In this document: positions 1 to 8,961 of the stretch, in pieces
How positions within the stretch are numbered: position 1 is the first letter of the stretch
Layout of the letters: every line of letters begins with the position of its first letter
DNA from: a virus
Reading direction: 5' to 3' (one strand)
IMG/VR virus record: IMGVR_UViG_3300006147_000011
DNA length: 64,000 bases
Translations under genes and position numbers: made by a program
The notes under the pieces: generated by a model
Seen by the model: the letters and a program-made list of their open reading frames with translations, nothing else
Databases searched by the model: none
What the model was told of the DNA's origin: nothing

Positions 1-74
1 GGCGTAGCACAGTTTGGTAGTGCGTATGATTTGGGATCATAAGGTCGCAGGTTCAAATCCTGTCGCTCCGACCA
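1..74 (+). tRNA. tRNA-Pro (anticodon TGG), 5' end cut by the window edge, CCA encoded
   Basis: T-arm GCAGG-TTCAAAT-CCTGT, 3' acceptor CGCTCCG + A + CCA, anticodon stem TATGA/TCATA with loop TTTGGGA (anticodon TGG), D-arm GCAC/GTGC. Confidence 0.75.
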
Positions 75-123
75 ATCAATAACGACGAATGAGCTAATTA
101 TTCGTCGCAAAACTTTTCCGCGC

Positions 124-363
124 ATGGAGGCGTATATGATAACACCAAACGATTTGAATAACTATTTAACCAAAGAACAAATTGACCGCATTTATGATGT
201 TTTTGTTTTCGAGGACGATGAAGAAATCGAAGCCGCTTGGTATGAAAATGGTCAATTATATGTGGACTACAATTCACCTGACGGTGGCAACGTTTATCAA
301 CCCTCTATGGATACACCGGAAGATCAAGCAAAACTTAAATACATTCTAACAGGACAAAAATAA
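124..363 (+). CDS. small highly acidic hypothetical protein (79 aa)
   Basis: ORF with RBS-like GGAGG upstream; about 20 D/E versus 5 K/R; no recognisable domain. Confidence 0.4.
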   Translation: MEAYMITPNDLNNYLTKEQIDRIYDVFVFEDDEEIEAAWYENGQLYVDYNSPDGGNVYQPSMDTPEDQAKLKYILTGQK

Positions 364-517
364 TGGAAAACTATTTAATAACTTTCTACGAGCTGGACAA
401 GAATAGCTTTTCGACGGAAAATATCAAGGCTTCTTCATTCGAGGATGCGCTTGAATATGCTCGACGCATACAAACAAAAGAGCAAGTATTACAAGAAATA
501 AAAATTCAGGAGGAACA

Positions 518-1288
518 ATGAAAGTTTTAGTTGTTGTCGATATGCAGAACGATTTTATCGACGGTTCGCTGGCTAATCCTATGGCACAGGCAATCGTTAA
601 TAAAGTTGCTAACTATGTATCGAACTTTGAAGGTCTGATTGTTTTTACAAGAGACACACACGAGGAAGATTATCTCGACACTCGCGAGGGCAAGAACCTA
701 CCAGTCCCCCACTGCATCGCCTTAACTGAGGGATGGAACATCAATACAGAAATCTACGCGGCGGCAGAGCGCAACCCTAAGGCAACAATCCTTAAAGTGA
801 ACAAAACCACATTCTCAGCGGGTACACCGCTGTACGTTGCAATTAAAACAAAGTGCGAGTTCCCAGAAGAAATTCAACTATGCGGAACCTGTACCGATAT
901 TTGCGTCGTATCTAACGCTCTTAACCTTGTAACCTTGTTCAGCAAAGCAAACATACTTGTTCTTGCCGACTTATGCGCAGGGCTAACAAAAGAGAAGCAC
1001 GAAGCCGCGTTGGAAGTTATGCACAGTTGCCAGATTGCAGTTATTAACTCAAACGATGAGTTAAGGGCATTTGTGCATAGCTGGGCACAAGAACACGGTT
1101 ATCTTAACGGCGAAGGAACATTATCCGATTGTGCTTTGTATGACGTCGGTTATGACCTAAAGCCAGACATCGAAGCAAGCAAGTTCAACGAAGCAACAAA
1201 GGACGCATTCGACGAGTGGTATGACATTTTCTTGGAAGATGAACTCGTACCAATTTTATTAGAACTCGGCGCTGTATCCGAAGACTAA
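518..1288 (+). CDS. pncA: isochorismatase-family cysteine hydrolase, nicotinamidase (PncA)-like
   Basis: VVVDMQNDF motif (Asp), conserved Lys in KVNKTTFSA, Cys in GTCTDICV (D-K-C triad); RBS AGGAGG before ATG. Confidence 0.6.
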   Translation: MKVLVVVDMQNDFIDGSLANPMAQAIVNKVANYVSNFEGLIVFTRDTHEEDYLDTREGKNLPVPHCIALTEGWNINTEIYAAAERNPKATILKVNKTTFSAGTPLYVAIKTKCEFPEEIQLCGTCTDICVVSNALNLVTLFSKANILVLADLCAGLTKEKHEAALEVMHSCQIAVINSNDELRAFVHSWAQEHGYLNGEGTLSDCALYDVGYDLKPDIEASKFNEATKDAFDEWYDIFLEDELVPILLELGAVSED

Positions 1289-1309
1289 GACATATAACGG
1301 AGAAACACA

Positions 1310-2119
1310 ATGATTAAAATCGAAGACACGATTATTAAACAAGAAACATTTGGCGACGGAACGCTTAAATGCCCTATTCCACCAATTGCAGCGGCGCGTG
1401 GTTTTATCTATATTACGTGGTGCTACGACAATGACGCAGAGCTGTTTTGCCTGTGGAGTCTTGTAGGACACATTCGCCAGCAACACCCTACACTTCTCAT
1501 AAATCTTTGTATGCCGTATATTCCTCATGCACGGCAAGACAGAAACGTCAGCAATAGACTGTTTACCCTCAAATATTTTGCAGAACTCATAAATCTTATG
1601 AAGTTTAACAAAGTGTTTGTACTCGACCCCCACTCCGATGTTTCAATGGCACTCATTGATCGTGTGGAAGAAAGTGACTTACCGTTCAGGGTTTCGCCCA
1701 AAGATGAGCAAGCAACCATTATGTTTCCTGACAACGGAGCTGCAAAGAAGTACGCTCCTCGTTATCATCTTGAGCCGACAGACAACCCTTTCATTATCGG
1801 AAATAAACACCGCAACACGGATGGTCGTATTGAAAGCTATGAGTTGATGAACTTCGTAGAAGGGACAAAGAGCGTTATCATTCGTGACGACATTTGTAGC
1901 TACGGTGGAACATTCGTTGCGGCGGCGAAAGAATTAAGAAAACGCGGTGTCGAACATATTACCCTCGTTGTATCACATTGCGAGAATAACATTCTTAAGG
2001 GTGAGGTGTTCGATCATATAGATGCAGTGTTCACTACCGACAGTATTTGTACCGTATCACATCCAAAACTCAAAGTCACAAGGTGTTACAGGGAGGGCTT
2101 ACTAAATGTACAGAATTAA
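1310..2119 (+). CDS. ribose-phosphate pyrophosphokinase (Prs) homolog; candidate ADP-ribose pyrophosphokinase (Adps-like) of a NARP1-type pathway
   Basis: PYIPHARQDR (Prs PYxxYARQDRK), VFVLDPHSD (DLHA region), IIRDDICSYGGTF (PRPP-binding DDxIDTGGT-like). Confidence 0.7.
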   Translation: MIKIEDTIIKQETFGDGTLKCPIPPIAAARGFIYITWCYDNDAELFCLWSLVGHIRQQHPTLLINLCMPYIPHARQDRNVSNRLFTLKYFAELINLMKFNKVFVLDPHSDVSMALIDRVEESDLPFRVSPKDEQATIMFPDNGAAKKYAPRYHLEPTDNPFIIGNKHRNTDGRIESYELMNFVEGTKSVIIRDDICSYGGTFVAAAKELRKRGVEHITLVVSHCENNILKGEVFDHIDAVFTTDSICTVSHPKLKVTRCYREGLLNVQN

Positions 2120-3599
2120 CCCGCTTTTAGAAAGCGATTTTTATAAACAAGTTCATTGGAACCAATATCCAAAAGGCATCACGAAGGTCGTAAGCTATTT
2201 TGTGCCAAGAATGAGCAGATTAAAGAACGATAAACACCTTATAATGTTTGGGTTACAGTCTTTCATCAAAGAATATCTTATCGAAGACTTTAACGAGTTC
2301 TTCTTTTCCCGTCCTAAGGAAGACGTTGTACGCGAATACAAACATCTCCTCAACAACACACTCGGTGAAGGGTTGTACGGCATTGAGCGCATCGCAGAAC
2401 TACACGACTTGGGCTATCTGCCCATTGAGATTAAGGCACTCGCAGAAGGCACTCTCGTTCCAATCGGCGTTCCTATGTTCGAGATAAGCAACACTCACCC
2501 CGATTTTGCTTGGCTTACAAACGCGCTCGAATCTGTCATCAGTTGCGAAATGTGGCACGCCATGATTTCGGCAAATGTCGGGTACAAATATAGGAAAATT
2601 GTAGATCACTTCTATGATTTAAGTTGCGACGACAATATCCCTCGTAGAAAAGCTCTTGGAGATTTCTCAATGAGAGGACAAGAGTCAAAACGTAGTGCAT
2701 ATAAATCTTCCGCCGGTTGGCTGTTATCATTCGTGAACACTGCCACCGTTCCTGCGGTAGATTATATGGAAAGATATTATAACTGCGACTGTTCAAAAGA
2801 GGAAGTCGGCTTTGGTTCTGTGTCAACTGAGCACTCTGTAATGTGCAGCAATTTCGCGGTTGACGGTGACGAAATCACAATGATTAAGCGTCTGCTCACA
2901 GAAATCTATCCTAATACGTCTTTCAGTATGGTGAGCGACAGCTACGATTACTGGAACTTGGTAGACAACATCTTGCCAATGTGTAAGAAAGAAATCCTCG
3001 AGCATAACGGATGTCTCTTGGTGCGCGGCGACTCTGGCGACCCCGTTGAGGTCGTCACAAAGACCGTGTTCCACCTTTGGGAGCAGTTCGGTGGAACAGT
3101 CAACTCAAAGGGCTACAAGGTTCTAAACCCCCATATCAAGGCAATATACGGCGATAGCATTACGCCTCAAAGAGCAGAAGCAATTTACACGATATTGGTT
3201 GACAACGGATTTGCAGCAAGCAATGTTGCTCTCGGTGTTGGTAGCTTCTCTATGCAATGCCTTGAGTCTTACGAGGAACACGCTGCTATCCCGACGTTCA
3301 ACCCCTACACAAGAGATACGTTCGGAATTGCCATCAAGGCGACTTATGCTGAAGATAAAGACGGAAAGCCTATAATGATTTTCAAAAATCCCAAAGAGGC
3401 TTCGTTCAAAAAGTCTCACAAAGGCTGTGTGCTCGTTTTAACGGGGGCTGACGGCGCGTTAACAAGCGAAGACGAACACGACTTCAAAGAGACTTATCGT
3501 GCCGACAATGCCCTAAAGACGGTCTTTAACGACGGCAAGATGACGCTCGAATATAGTCTTGCCGATGTCCGCAGAAGGCTTTATGGAGATAAATTTTAA
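2106..3599 (+). CDS. nicotinamide phosphoribosyltransferase family protein (Nampt/NadV-like; candidate Namat)
   Basis: N-terminal SDFYKQVHWNQYPKGITKVVSYFVPR matches Nampt [25 protein letters not shown]; 497 aa, typical size. Confidence 0.8.
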   Translation: MYRINPLLESDFYKQVHWNQYPKGITKVVSYFVPRMSRLKNDKHLIMFGLQSFIKEYLIEDFNEFFFSRPKEDVVREYKHLLNNTLGEGLYGIERIAELHDLGYLPIEIKALAEGTLVPIGVPMFEISNTHPDFAWLTNALESVISCEMWHAMISANVGYKYRKIVDHFYDLSCDDNIPRRKALGDFSMRGQESKRSAYKSSAGWLLSFVNTATVPAVDYMERYYNCDCSKEEVGFGSVSTEHSVMCSNFAVDGDEITMIKRLLTEIYPNTSFSMVSDSYDYWNLVDNILPMCKKEILEHNGCLLVRGDSGDPVEVVTKTVFHLWEQFGGTVNSKGYKVLNPHIKAIYGDSITPQRAEAIYTILVDNGFAASNVALGVGSFSMQCLESYEEHAAIPTFNPYTRDTFGIAIKATYAEDKDGKPIMIFKNPKEASFKKSHKGCVLVLTGADGALTSEDEHDFKETYRADNALKTVFNDGKMTLEYSLADVRRRLYGDKF

Positions 3600-4075
3600 T
3601 GATCACATATAAAAACGGAGATTTGCTTAAAAGCAACTGCAATATCATCTGCCACCAAGTAAACTGTCAAGGAGTTATGGGTTCAGGCATCGCAAAACAG
3701 ATACGCGCCACTTACCCCCATATCTTTTCAAAATATAAACAGCTATGCGAGCAGAATAAACTGGAATACCTAATGGGAGTTGCTCAAATATGCGCAATTT
3801 CAGAGGCTAAGACCCACTACATTGCTAATATGTTCGCACAGCTTCATTACTTGCCGCGTGGCATTAACCATACGAACTATGAGATGTTTAGGCTATGCTG
3901 CCAACAACTTAAAACCCTTATTCCGATAGAGATTGCCGATACAGAATTTACTATTGGCTTCCCTTATGGCATCGGTTGCGGACTGGGTGGCGGCGACTGG
4001 AACATAGTGAGAAAAATCATCGAAGAAGAATTTGCCGACGATAAATGGAAGGTTGAAATATGGAAGCTAAACTAA
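3599..4075 (+). CDS. macro domain protein (ADP-ribose binding or processing)
   Basis: GDLLKSNCNIICHQVNCQGVMGSGIAKQI resembles the macro-domain GDIT..DAIVNAAN..GGGGVDGAIH core; 158 aa. Confidence 0.6.
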   Translation: MITYKNGDLLKSNCNIICHQVNCQGVMGSGIAKQIRATYPHIFSKYKQLCEQNKLEYLMGVAQICAISEAKTHYIANMFAQLHYLPRGINHTNYEMFRLCCQQLKTLIPIEIADTEFTIGFPYGIGCGLGGGDWNIVRKIIEEEFADDKWKVEIWKLN

Positions 4076-4815
4076 AAGAAATATTAGACTGGCTTGAACA
4101 GTACAAAGAAATTACAAGATGTCGCGGAGTTGTTCTTGGAATAAGTGGCGGCAAAGATAGCACCGTTGTAGCAATGCTTGCGAAGAAAGTTTGGGGGGAC
4201 AATGTGCTTGGCGTTCTTATGCCAAATCACAACCAATCCGACCTTGACGACTCTCTCAAAATTGTTGAAACCCTTGGGATAAACTTCAAGGTAGTTAATA
4301 TCGGAAAAGTTTATGACTCATTGCTCGAGGTTGTCGAAGACGAAGGTTCTGGCTCGGATTATTGTAACGGTAAGGTATTTAATATCTCAAGAAAATCACT
4401 TACCAATATCCCTCCTCGTATTCGTATGACAGTGCTGTACGCCATTGCCCAAACCCTTGGATACAGGGTTATTGGAACAGGCAATGCAAGCGAGGCTTAT
4501 ATCGGTTGGACAACCAAATGGGGCGACAGCGCATACGACTTCAACCCCATTGCCCATCTAACCTGTACCGAGGTTATTGCTCTCGGCGAACTGCTTGCTG
4601 AGGAGTTCGGATTAGATAAAAAGTATGTCGTTAAGACACCGTCCGATGGATTATGCGGCAAGAGTGACGAAGATAGTTTCGGCTTTACATACTCAACGCT
4701 TGACGGGTATATCACGGGTGGAACTTCAAACACGGATTACGAAACCGCTCTAAAAATAGAGCAAATGCACCAAGCGTCAGAGCACAAGAGAAATATGCCC
4801 GCTACGTTAGAGTAA
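4060..4815 (+). CDS. nadE: NH3-dependent NAD+ synthetase (NadE)
   Basis: PP-loop VVLGISGGKDSTVVA followed by the LGVLMP motif typical of NadE. Confidence 0.7.
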   Translation: MEAKLKEILDWLEQYKEITRCRGVVLGISGGKDSTVVAMLAKKVWGDNVLGVLMPNHNQSDLDDSLKIVETLGINFKVVNIGKVYDSLLEVVEDEGSGSDYCNGKVFNISRKSLTNIPPRIRMTVLYAIAQTLGYRVIGTGNASEAYIGWTTKWGDSAYDFNPIAHLTCTEVIALGELLAEEFGLDKKYVVKTPSDGLCGKSDEDSFGFTYSTLDGYITGGTSNTDYETALKIEQMHQASEHKRNMPATLE

Positions 4816-4825
4816 CAACTTCTCA

Positions 4826-4870
4826 GTCCAAAGAGACTGACTTAACTAAATATAAATCTTCTCTTTGGAC
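4826..4870 (+). terminator. 11-bp inverted repeat GTCCAAAGAGA / TCTCTTTGGAC with about 23-nt AT-rich spacer after nadE
   Basis: Read directly; large loop, so terminator function is uncertain. Confidence 0.25.
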
Positions 4871-4894
4871 AATGAGCCAAATAAGGAGATTTAT

Positions 4895-5503
4895 ATGCCA
4901 GTAAAGATATCAACTACCAACAGCAAACTTGGGTTGATACCGTCGGTGAACTTGCCGCCGATAACAACCTGCCGACCACATTGCCCATGCGCAAAAGATT
5001 GCTATGCCACAAAGGGACGCTTTCGTTTTCAAAACGTAAAGGACAATCTAACAAACAATTACAAGCTTTACTTTCACGATCCTGCGTCATACTTTGAAGA
5101 AATTAAACACGCAATCAACAACGGAATGGTTTCATATTCTTACTTTCGTTGGCACGCTTCGGGCGATTTCGTAGATAAAGAATATTTTGAGGGCGTCGTT
5201 AAAGTCGCCAATGAACTTCCCCTCACATCCTTCCTTGCGTTTACTAAAAAGTTTGAACTTGTAAACGAATACATACAAAATGGCGGCACTATTCCCGATA
5301 ACCTGCACATCGTATTTAGCGCTTGGGGTGACGATTTCAAAGTTGAAAATCCATACTCCTTCCCTGTTGCGTATGTTCGGTTTAAGGAAAGCGAAAACAA
5401 ATCTATACCGGAAAGCGCGGCTGAATGCTCTGGCGATTGCACGAATTGCTTGCAGTGTTGGAACATTAAGAGCGGCGAGTCCGTTGTATTTAATAAGCAC
5501 TAA
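4895..5503 (+). CDS. Cys-rich hypothetical protein (about 202 aa from ATG 4895)
   Basis: AAGGAG RBS 6 nt before ATG 4895; conserved cysteines (CRPHCPCAKDC ... CSGDCTNCLQC). Confidence 0.4.
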   Translation: MPVKISTTNSKLGLIPSVNLPPITTCRPHCPCAKDCYATKGRFRFQNVKDNLTNNYKLYFHDPASYFEEIKHAINNGMVSYSYFRWHASGDFVDKEYFEGVVKVANELPLTSFLAFTKKFELVNEYIQNGGTIPDNLHIVFSAWGDDFKVENPYSFPVAYVRFKESENKSIPESAAECSGDCTNCLQCWNIKSGESVVFNKH

Positions 5504-5527
5504 TTTTTTAAGGAGATTTACACAATA

Positions 5528-6637
5528 ATGGCAATAGCATTAACACTTGGTTTTTTATTTGCTGCTCTTTGTGTGGCTGGCTGGGTAGTATTCGGCATAA
5601 GCGCATACAAAGTGTATGATGGCGAGGACGCTATCGGCTGGAAAGTTAGCAAATGGGGATGCCTATGTCTTGGCATTGCATTTGCATTGCTTACATTCTT
5701 TATTCCTGGAAGTTTTCACACAGTAGATACTGGTGAAATTGCCGTAGTAAAGCATCTCGGACAGATAAAAGACGTACACACAGCAGGGACGTACTACGAT
5801 TTCTGGATCACGGAAAAATACGAAAAGTACGATACCAAGGTACAAACGCTCGACATACAAGATTCCGCCTATTCAAAAGATGCCCAAACAATGGACTTGA
5901 CAATGACAGTTCAATATCAAATCGATACAGATAAAGTCAAAGAAATTGCAACAACCTACGGCTCTCTTGATGCTTTATCAAGTAGAATTCGCAGCGTATC
6001 GATTGAACGTGCCAAATCTGTTCTATCAAACTATTCGGCGATGACAATTATTGAAACCAGAGCTTCAATATCACCAGAAGTTGAAGACGCAATTAAGCTT
6101 GTTATATCGGAAAATTATTTCGTAACCATAAATACCGCCGTTCTGACAAACATCGACTTTTCGGATGCTTTTGAACAAACTGTCGAACAAAAAATGATTG
6201 CTGAACAACAACAATTGCAAGCACAATATGAGGCGGAGAAAGCCAAAATTGAAGCGGAAGCCGCAGCTCAAATAGCAAAGATTGAAGCGGAAGCTTCGCT
6301 CGCTGTTGCAAAGTTAAACGCCGAAGCAAAGATAGCCGCCGCCGAAGGTGATGCCGCTGCGCAAGTAACAATAGCGCAGTCAGAGGCGAGAGCAACAAAA
6401 CTTAAGTCTATCGAAGTTGCTCGTATGCTTGGGTTTACTATTCTTGAAAATGAAGTTACAGACAATGATGGAGAAACAATCATTGAATACACTATCGACT
6501 TCACGGGCAAAAGTGCTGAGGAAATTTCTGTCATTTCTGATTATCTCAAGTATATCGAATATCTATCAAAATGGAACGGAGAACTGCCAGATGTTATGAG
6601 CGGTGACTCTGCAACAATAATCATACCTAAACCTTAA
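5528..6637 (+). CDS. SPFH/band-7 (prohibitin/HflKC-like) membrane protein
   Basis: N-terminal TM helices, SPFH core (HTVDTGEIAVVKHLGQI), long Ala/Glu/Gln coiled-coil (AEQQQLQAQYEAEKAKIEAEAAA). Confidence 0.7.
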   Translation: MAIALTLGFLFAALCVAGWVVFGISAYKVYDGEDAIGWKVSKWGCLCLGIAFALLTFFIPGSFHTVDTGEIAVVKHLGQIKDVHTAGTYYDFWITEKYEKYDTKVQTLDIQDSAYSKDAQTMDLTMTVQYQIDTDKVKEIATTYGSLDALSSRIRSVSIERAKSVLSNYSAMTIIETRASISPEVEDAIKLVISENYFVTINTAVLTNIDFSDAFEQTVEQKMIAEQQQLQAQYEAEKAKIEAEAAAQIAKIEAEASLAVAKLNAEAKIAAAEGDAAAQVTIAQSEARATKLKSIEVARMLGFTILENEVTDNDGETIIEYTIDFTGKSAEEISVISDYLKYIEYLSKWNGELPDVMSGDSATIIIPKP

Positions 6638-6650
6638 ACGGAGAATAATT

Positions 6651-7016
6651 ATGAGCCTCGACAAAGCAATTCAACACGGTAAAGAAAAGAGAAAACCTTA
6701 CTATGGCGAGAAAGCATTTGATCCAGCGTGCCGCAATCACGGCGGTGACGATTGGAGTAAAAGCAATCGTACAATTCAGCGTCAGCGTGCCGAACAGCAA
6801 GCAAATTCAAAAATTCAAGAGGCTCAAACCGAACCCGTTTTAACCAACCGCGAATGGCTTGAAAGTCTCACCGATGAACAATTAGCGGAAATGTTAATTG
6901 GTTCATTCAAAATTTTCGTCGCGGTTGACAGAAGCATAGGAACGAAAGAAAATGACAGTCGTCAAGACAGCATTAAAAAACATATTCAATGGCTTCGTTC
7001 CAAACACAAAAAATAA
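6651..7016 (+). CDS. hypothetical protein (121 aa)
   Basis: ORF with RBS GGAGAA; no recognisable motif. Confidence 0.4.
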   Translation: MSLDKAIQHGKEKRKPYYGEKAFDPACRNHGGDDWSKSNRTIQRQRAEQQANSKIQEAQTEPVLTNREWLESLTDEQLAEMLIGSFKIFVAVDRSIGTKENDSRQDSIKKHIQWLRSKHKK

Positions 7017-7029
7017 TTTGGAGTGTATT

Positions 7030-8168
7030 ATGAGAAAACTTGCTCACATCGAACAAATTGCATGGCTCCGCCCCATCGAAGGAGCTGACAAAATCGAGCT
7101 CGCCGGCATACTCGGCTGGCAGTGTATCGTAAAAAAGAATGAATTTAAGGTTGGCGATCTTGCAATCTACGTTGAAATTGACAGCATTATGCCTTCCGAC
7201 AATCCTGACTTCGCGTTTCTTGAGTCTAAACATTATAAAATTAAGACAATGAAAATGCGCGGCGTCATATCTCAAGGCATCATCTTCCCCCTCTCTGTTC
7301 TCCATGACGAAAAAACACACGGCATCGGTGACGATGTTACCGACATCCTTAAGATTAAACAGGTCGAAGATGATGTTCCCAAGCAACAGGTCAAAGACCC
7401 CGCGGCGGCAATTAAGCAACGCCACAAAAAACTCTTCAAAAATAAAGTATTTTTATGGTTTATGAAGTTCAAGTGGTTTAGAAAAACCGTTTATAAACTT
7501 CTCGCACCGAAAAAGAAACCGAAAAACTTCCCCGACTGGATCGTTAAAACGGACGAAACACGTTTGCAAAATATGCCTTTCGTTCTCGATACATACAAGG
7601 ACAAGCCAATGGTCGTCACTGAAAAGCTGGACGGCACCTCTACGAGCTTTGGGTTGAGAAAAGAAAAGAAAAGAAAAGAAAATATGACTTCGCGGTGTGT
7701 TCACGGAACGTGCGCCAAGCCGACATCAACCAAAAGTGTTTCTACGACGACAATGTGTACCACCAAATCGCCAATAAGTACGACATCCGCAACGTGCTTA
7801 TGCAGATACTTGAAAAATATAAAGCAACTACTGTCGTTCTTCAGGGCGAAACCATTGGCGAGGCAATTCAAAAAAATAAATACGGTCTCAAGGGAATTGA
7901 TTTCTATGCCTTCAACCTTGTAATCGACGGGGTAAAAATGGACAGCGCAGTCGCAACAGATGTGATGCACGACTTTGGAATCAAGTGGGTTCCGATTATT
8001 AACGCGAACTTTAAGCTGCTCCCCACTGTCGATGAAATGATTGCTTATGCTGACGGAAAGTCCACATTGTGCGATACGCTTAGAGAAGGCGTTGTTATAC
8101 GAGACCACGACAACAAAATTAGCTTTAAGTGTATCAGCAATCAATTCTTACTTAAACACAATATATAA
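7030..8168 (+). CDS. Rnl2-family ATP-dependent RNA ligase, split by a frameshift inside a (GAAAA)5 repeat
   Basis: Adenylation motif KLDGTS (frame 1), then CSRN, LQGETIGEAIQKN (Rnl2 GIQKN motif) and REGVVIR in frame 3 (7695..8168); ATG 7030 with RBS GGAGTG. Confidence 0.6.
7658..7682 (+). repeat. pentanucleotide simple-sequence repeat (GAAAA)x5 at the ligase frameshift
   Basis: gaaaagaaaagaaaagaaaagaaaa read directly; gain or loss of one 5-nt unit shifts the frame by -1 or +1. Confidence 0.9.
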
Positions 8169-8181
8169 GGAGTCGTGAGAT

Positions 8182-8406
8182 GTGAACAGAGAGAGAAGAA
8201 AACGAATTAACAAAGTCATAGCTACAATCAATGGGTGTGCCGATGAGCTTGACGATATAAAGTTTGACGAAGACTACGCAAGAGAGAACACACCCGAAAA
8301 TTTGCAAGGGGGCGACGCTTATTGTACATCGGAAGACTGTAGTGATAAAATAGAAGATGCAATCTCTGACATTCGACAGGCGGCAAGTACCTTGGAAGAA
8401 ATTTAG
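8182..8406 (+). CDS. putative antitoxin partner of MazF-like toxin (basic N-terminus, acidic C-terminus)
   Basis: 74-aa ORF ending 15 nt before the MazF start; RERRKRINKV basic N-terminus, very acidic C-terminus. Confidence 0.3.
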   Translation: MNRERRKRINKVIATINGCADELDDIKFDEDYARENTPENLQGGDAYCTSEDCSDKIEDAISDIRQAASTLEEI

Positions 8407-8420
8407 AGGCGGTATCAATT

Positions 8421-8762
8421 ATGCACCGAGGCGAAATATATTTAGTCGATTTAAGTAATCAGGTAGGCTCGGAACAAACCGGTATTCGCCCCGCTTTGAT
8501 AGTACAGAATGAACAAGGGAACCAACATTCCCCTACTACTATCATTTGCCCTCTCACATCTCAAGATAAAACACCGATAGAAACTCACGTTACGCTGACG
8601 CCAAGCGATGCAGGAATACTTAAAGTTTCTACGGTGTTATGTGAGCAGGTCAGAGTTGTAGACAAAACGAGACTTAAGAAAAAGTTGGGCGAAGTTGTTA
8701 ATAGAAGTAAAATTGACGACATTAACAGAAAACTTATGATTTCTATCGGTATAGGAGTTTAA
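8421..8762 (+). CDS. mazF: MazF/PemK-family mRNA interferase toxin
   Basis: RGEIYLVDL ... GSEQTGIRPALIV ... ICPLTS, the classic MazF/PemK N-terminal signature. Confidence 0.7.
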   Translation: MHRGEIYLVDLSNQVGSEQTGIRPALIVQNEQGNQHSPTTIICPLTSQDKTPIETHVTLTPSDAGILKVSTVLCEQVRVVDKTRLKKKLGEVVNRSKIDDINRKLMISIGIGV

Positions 8763-8763
8763 T

Positions 8764-8961
8764 ATGAGCTACGAACCATTAACTAAAATAGTAATCGACG
8801 ATAACGGCAACCAGATGGCTGCTTGTCGGTTATATGGCACCAATGAGTGCCTCATACATAAGCCTAACGGTTGCACGAATTGCCCAATGCTTAAGGCAAT
8901 TTTTACCCAATTAAATACATTTGAAAAAATATATATGGAGGGAGATGACGATGCGAACTGA
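8764..8961 (+). CDS. small Cys-rich hypothetical protein
   Basis: 65-aa ORF with CRLYGTNEC ... CTNC. Confidence 0.3.
   Translation: MSYEPLTKIVIDDNGNQMAACRLYGTNECLIHKPNGCTNCPMLKAIFTQLNTFEKIYMEGDDDAN

Noticed and set aside
1-74. tRNA-Pro as the prophage attachment site (attL/attR)
   Set aside because: No integrase is adjacent, and phage genes run uninterrupted from the tRNA to the window end. More likely a phage-encoded tRNA, but the left flank is outside the window, so this is unresolved.
6952-7029. Upstream extension of the RNA ligase ORF (track start 6952)
   Set aside because: The extension overlaps the previous gene. ATG 7030 has a proper RBS and begins the conserved ligase N-terminal domain.
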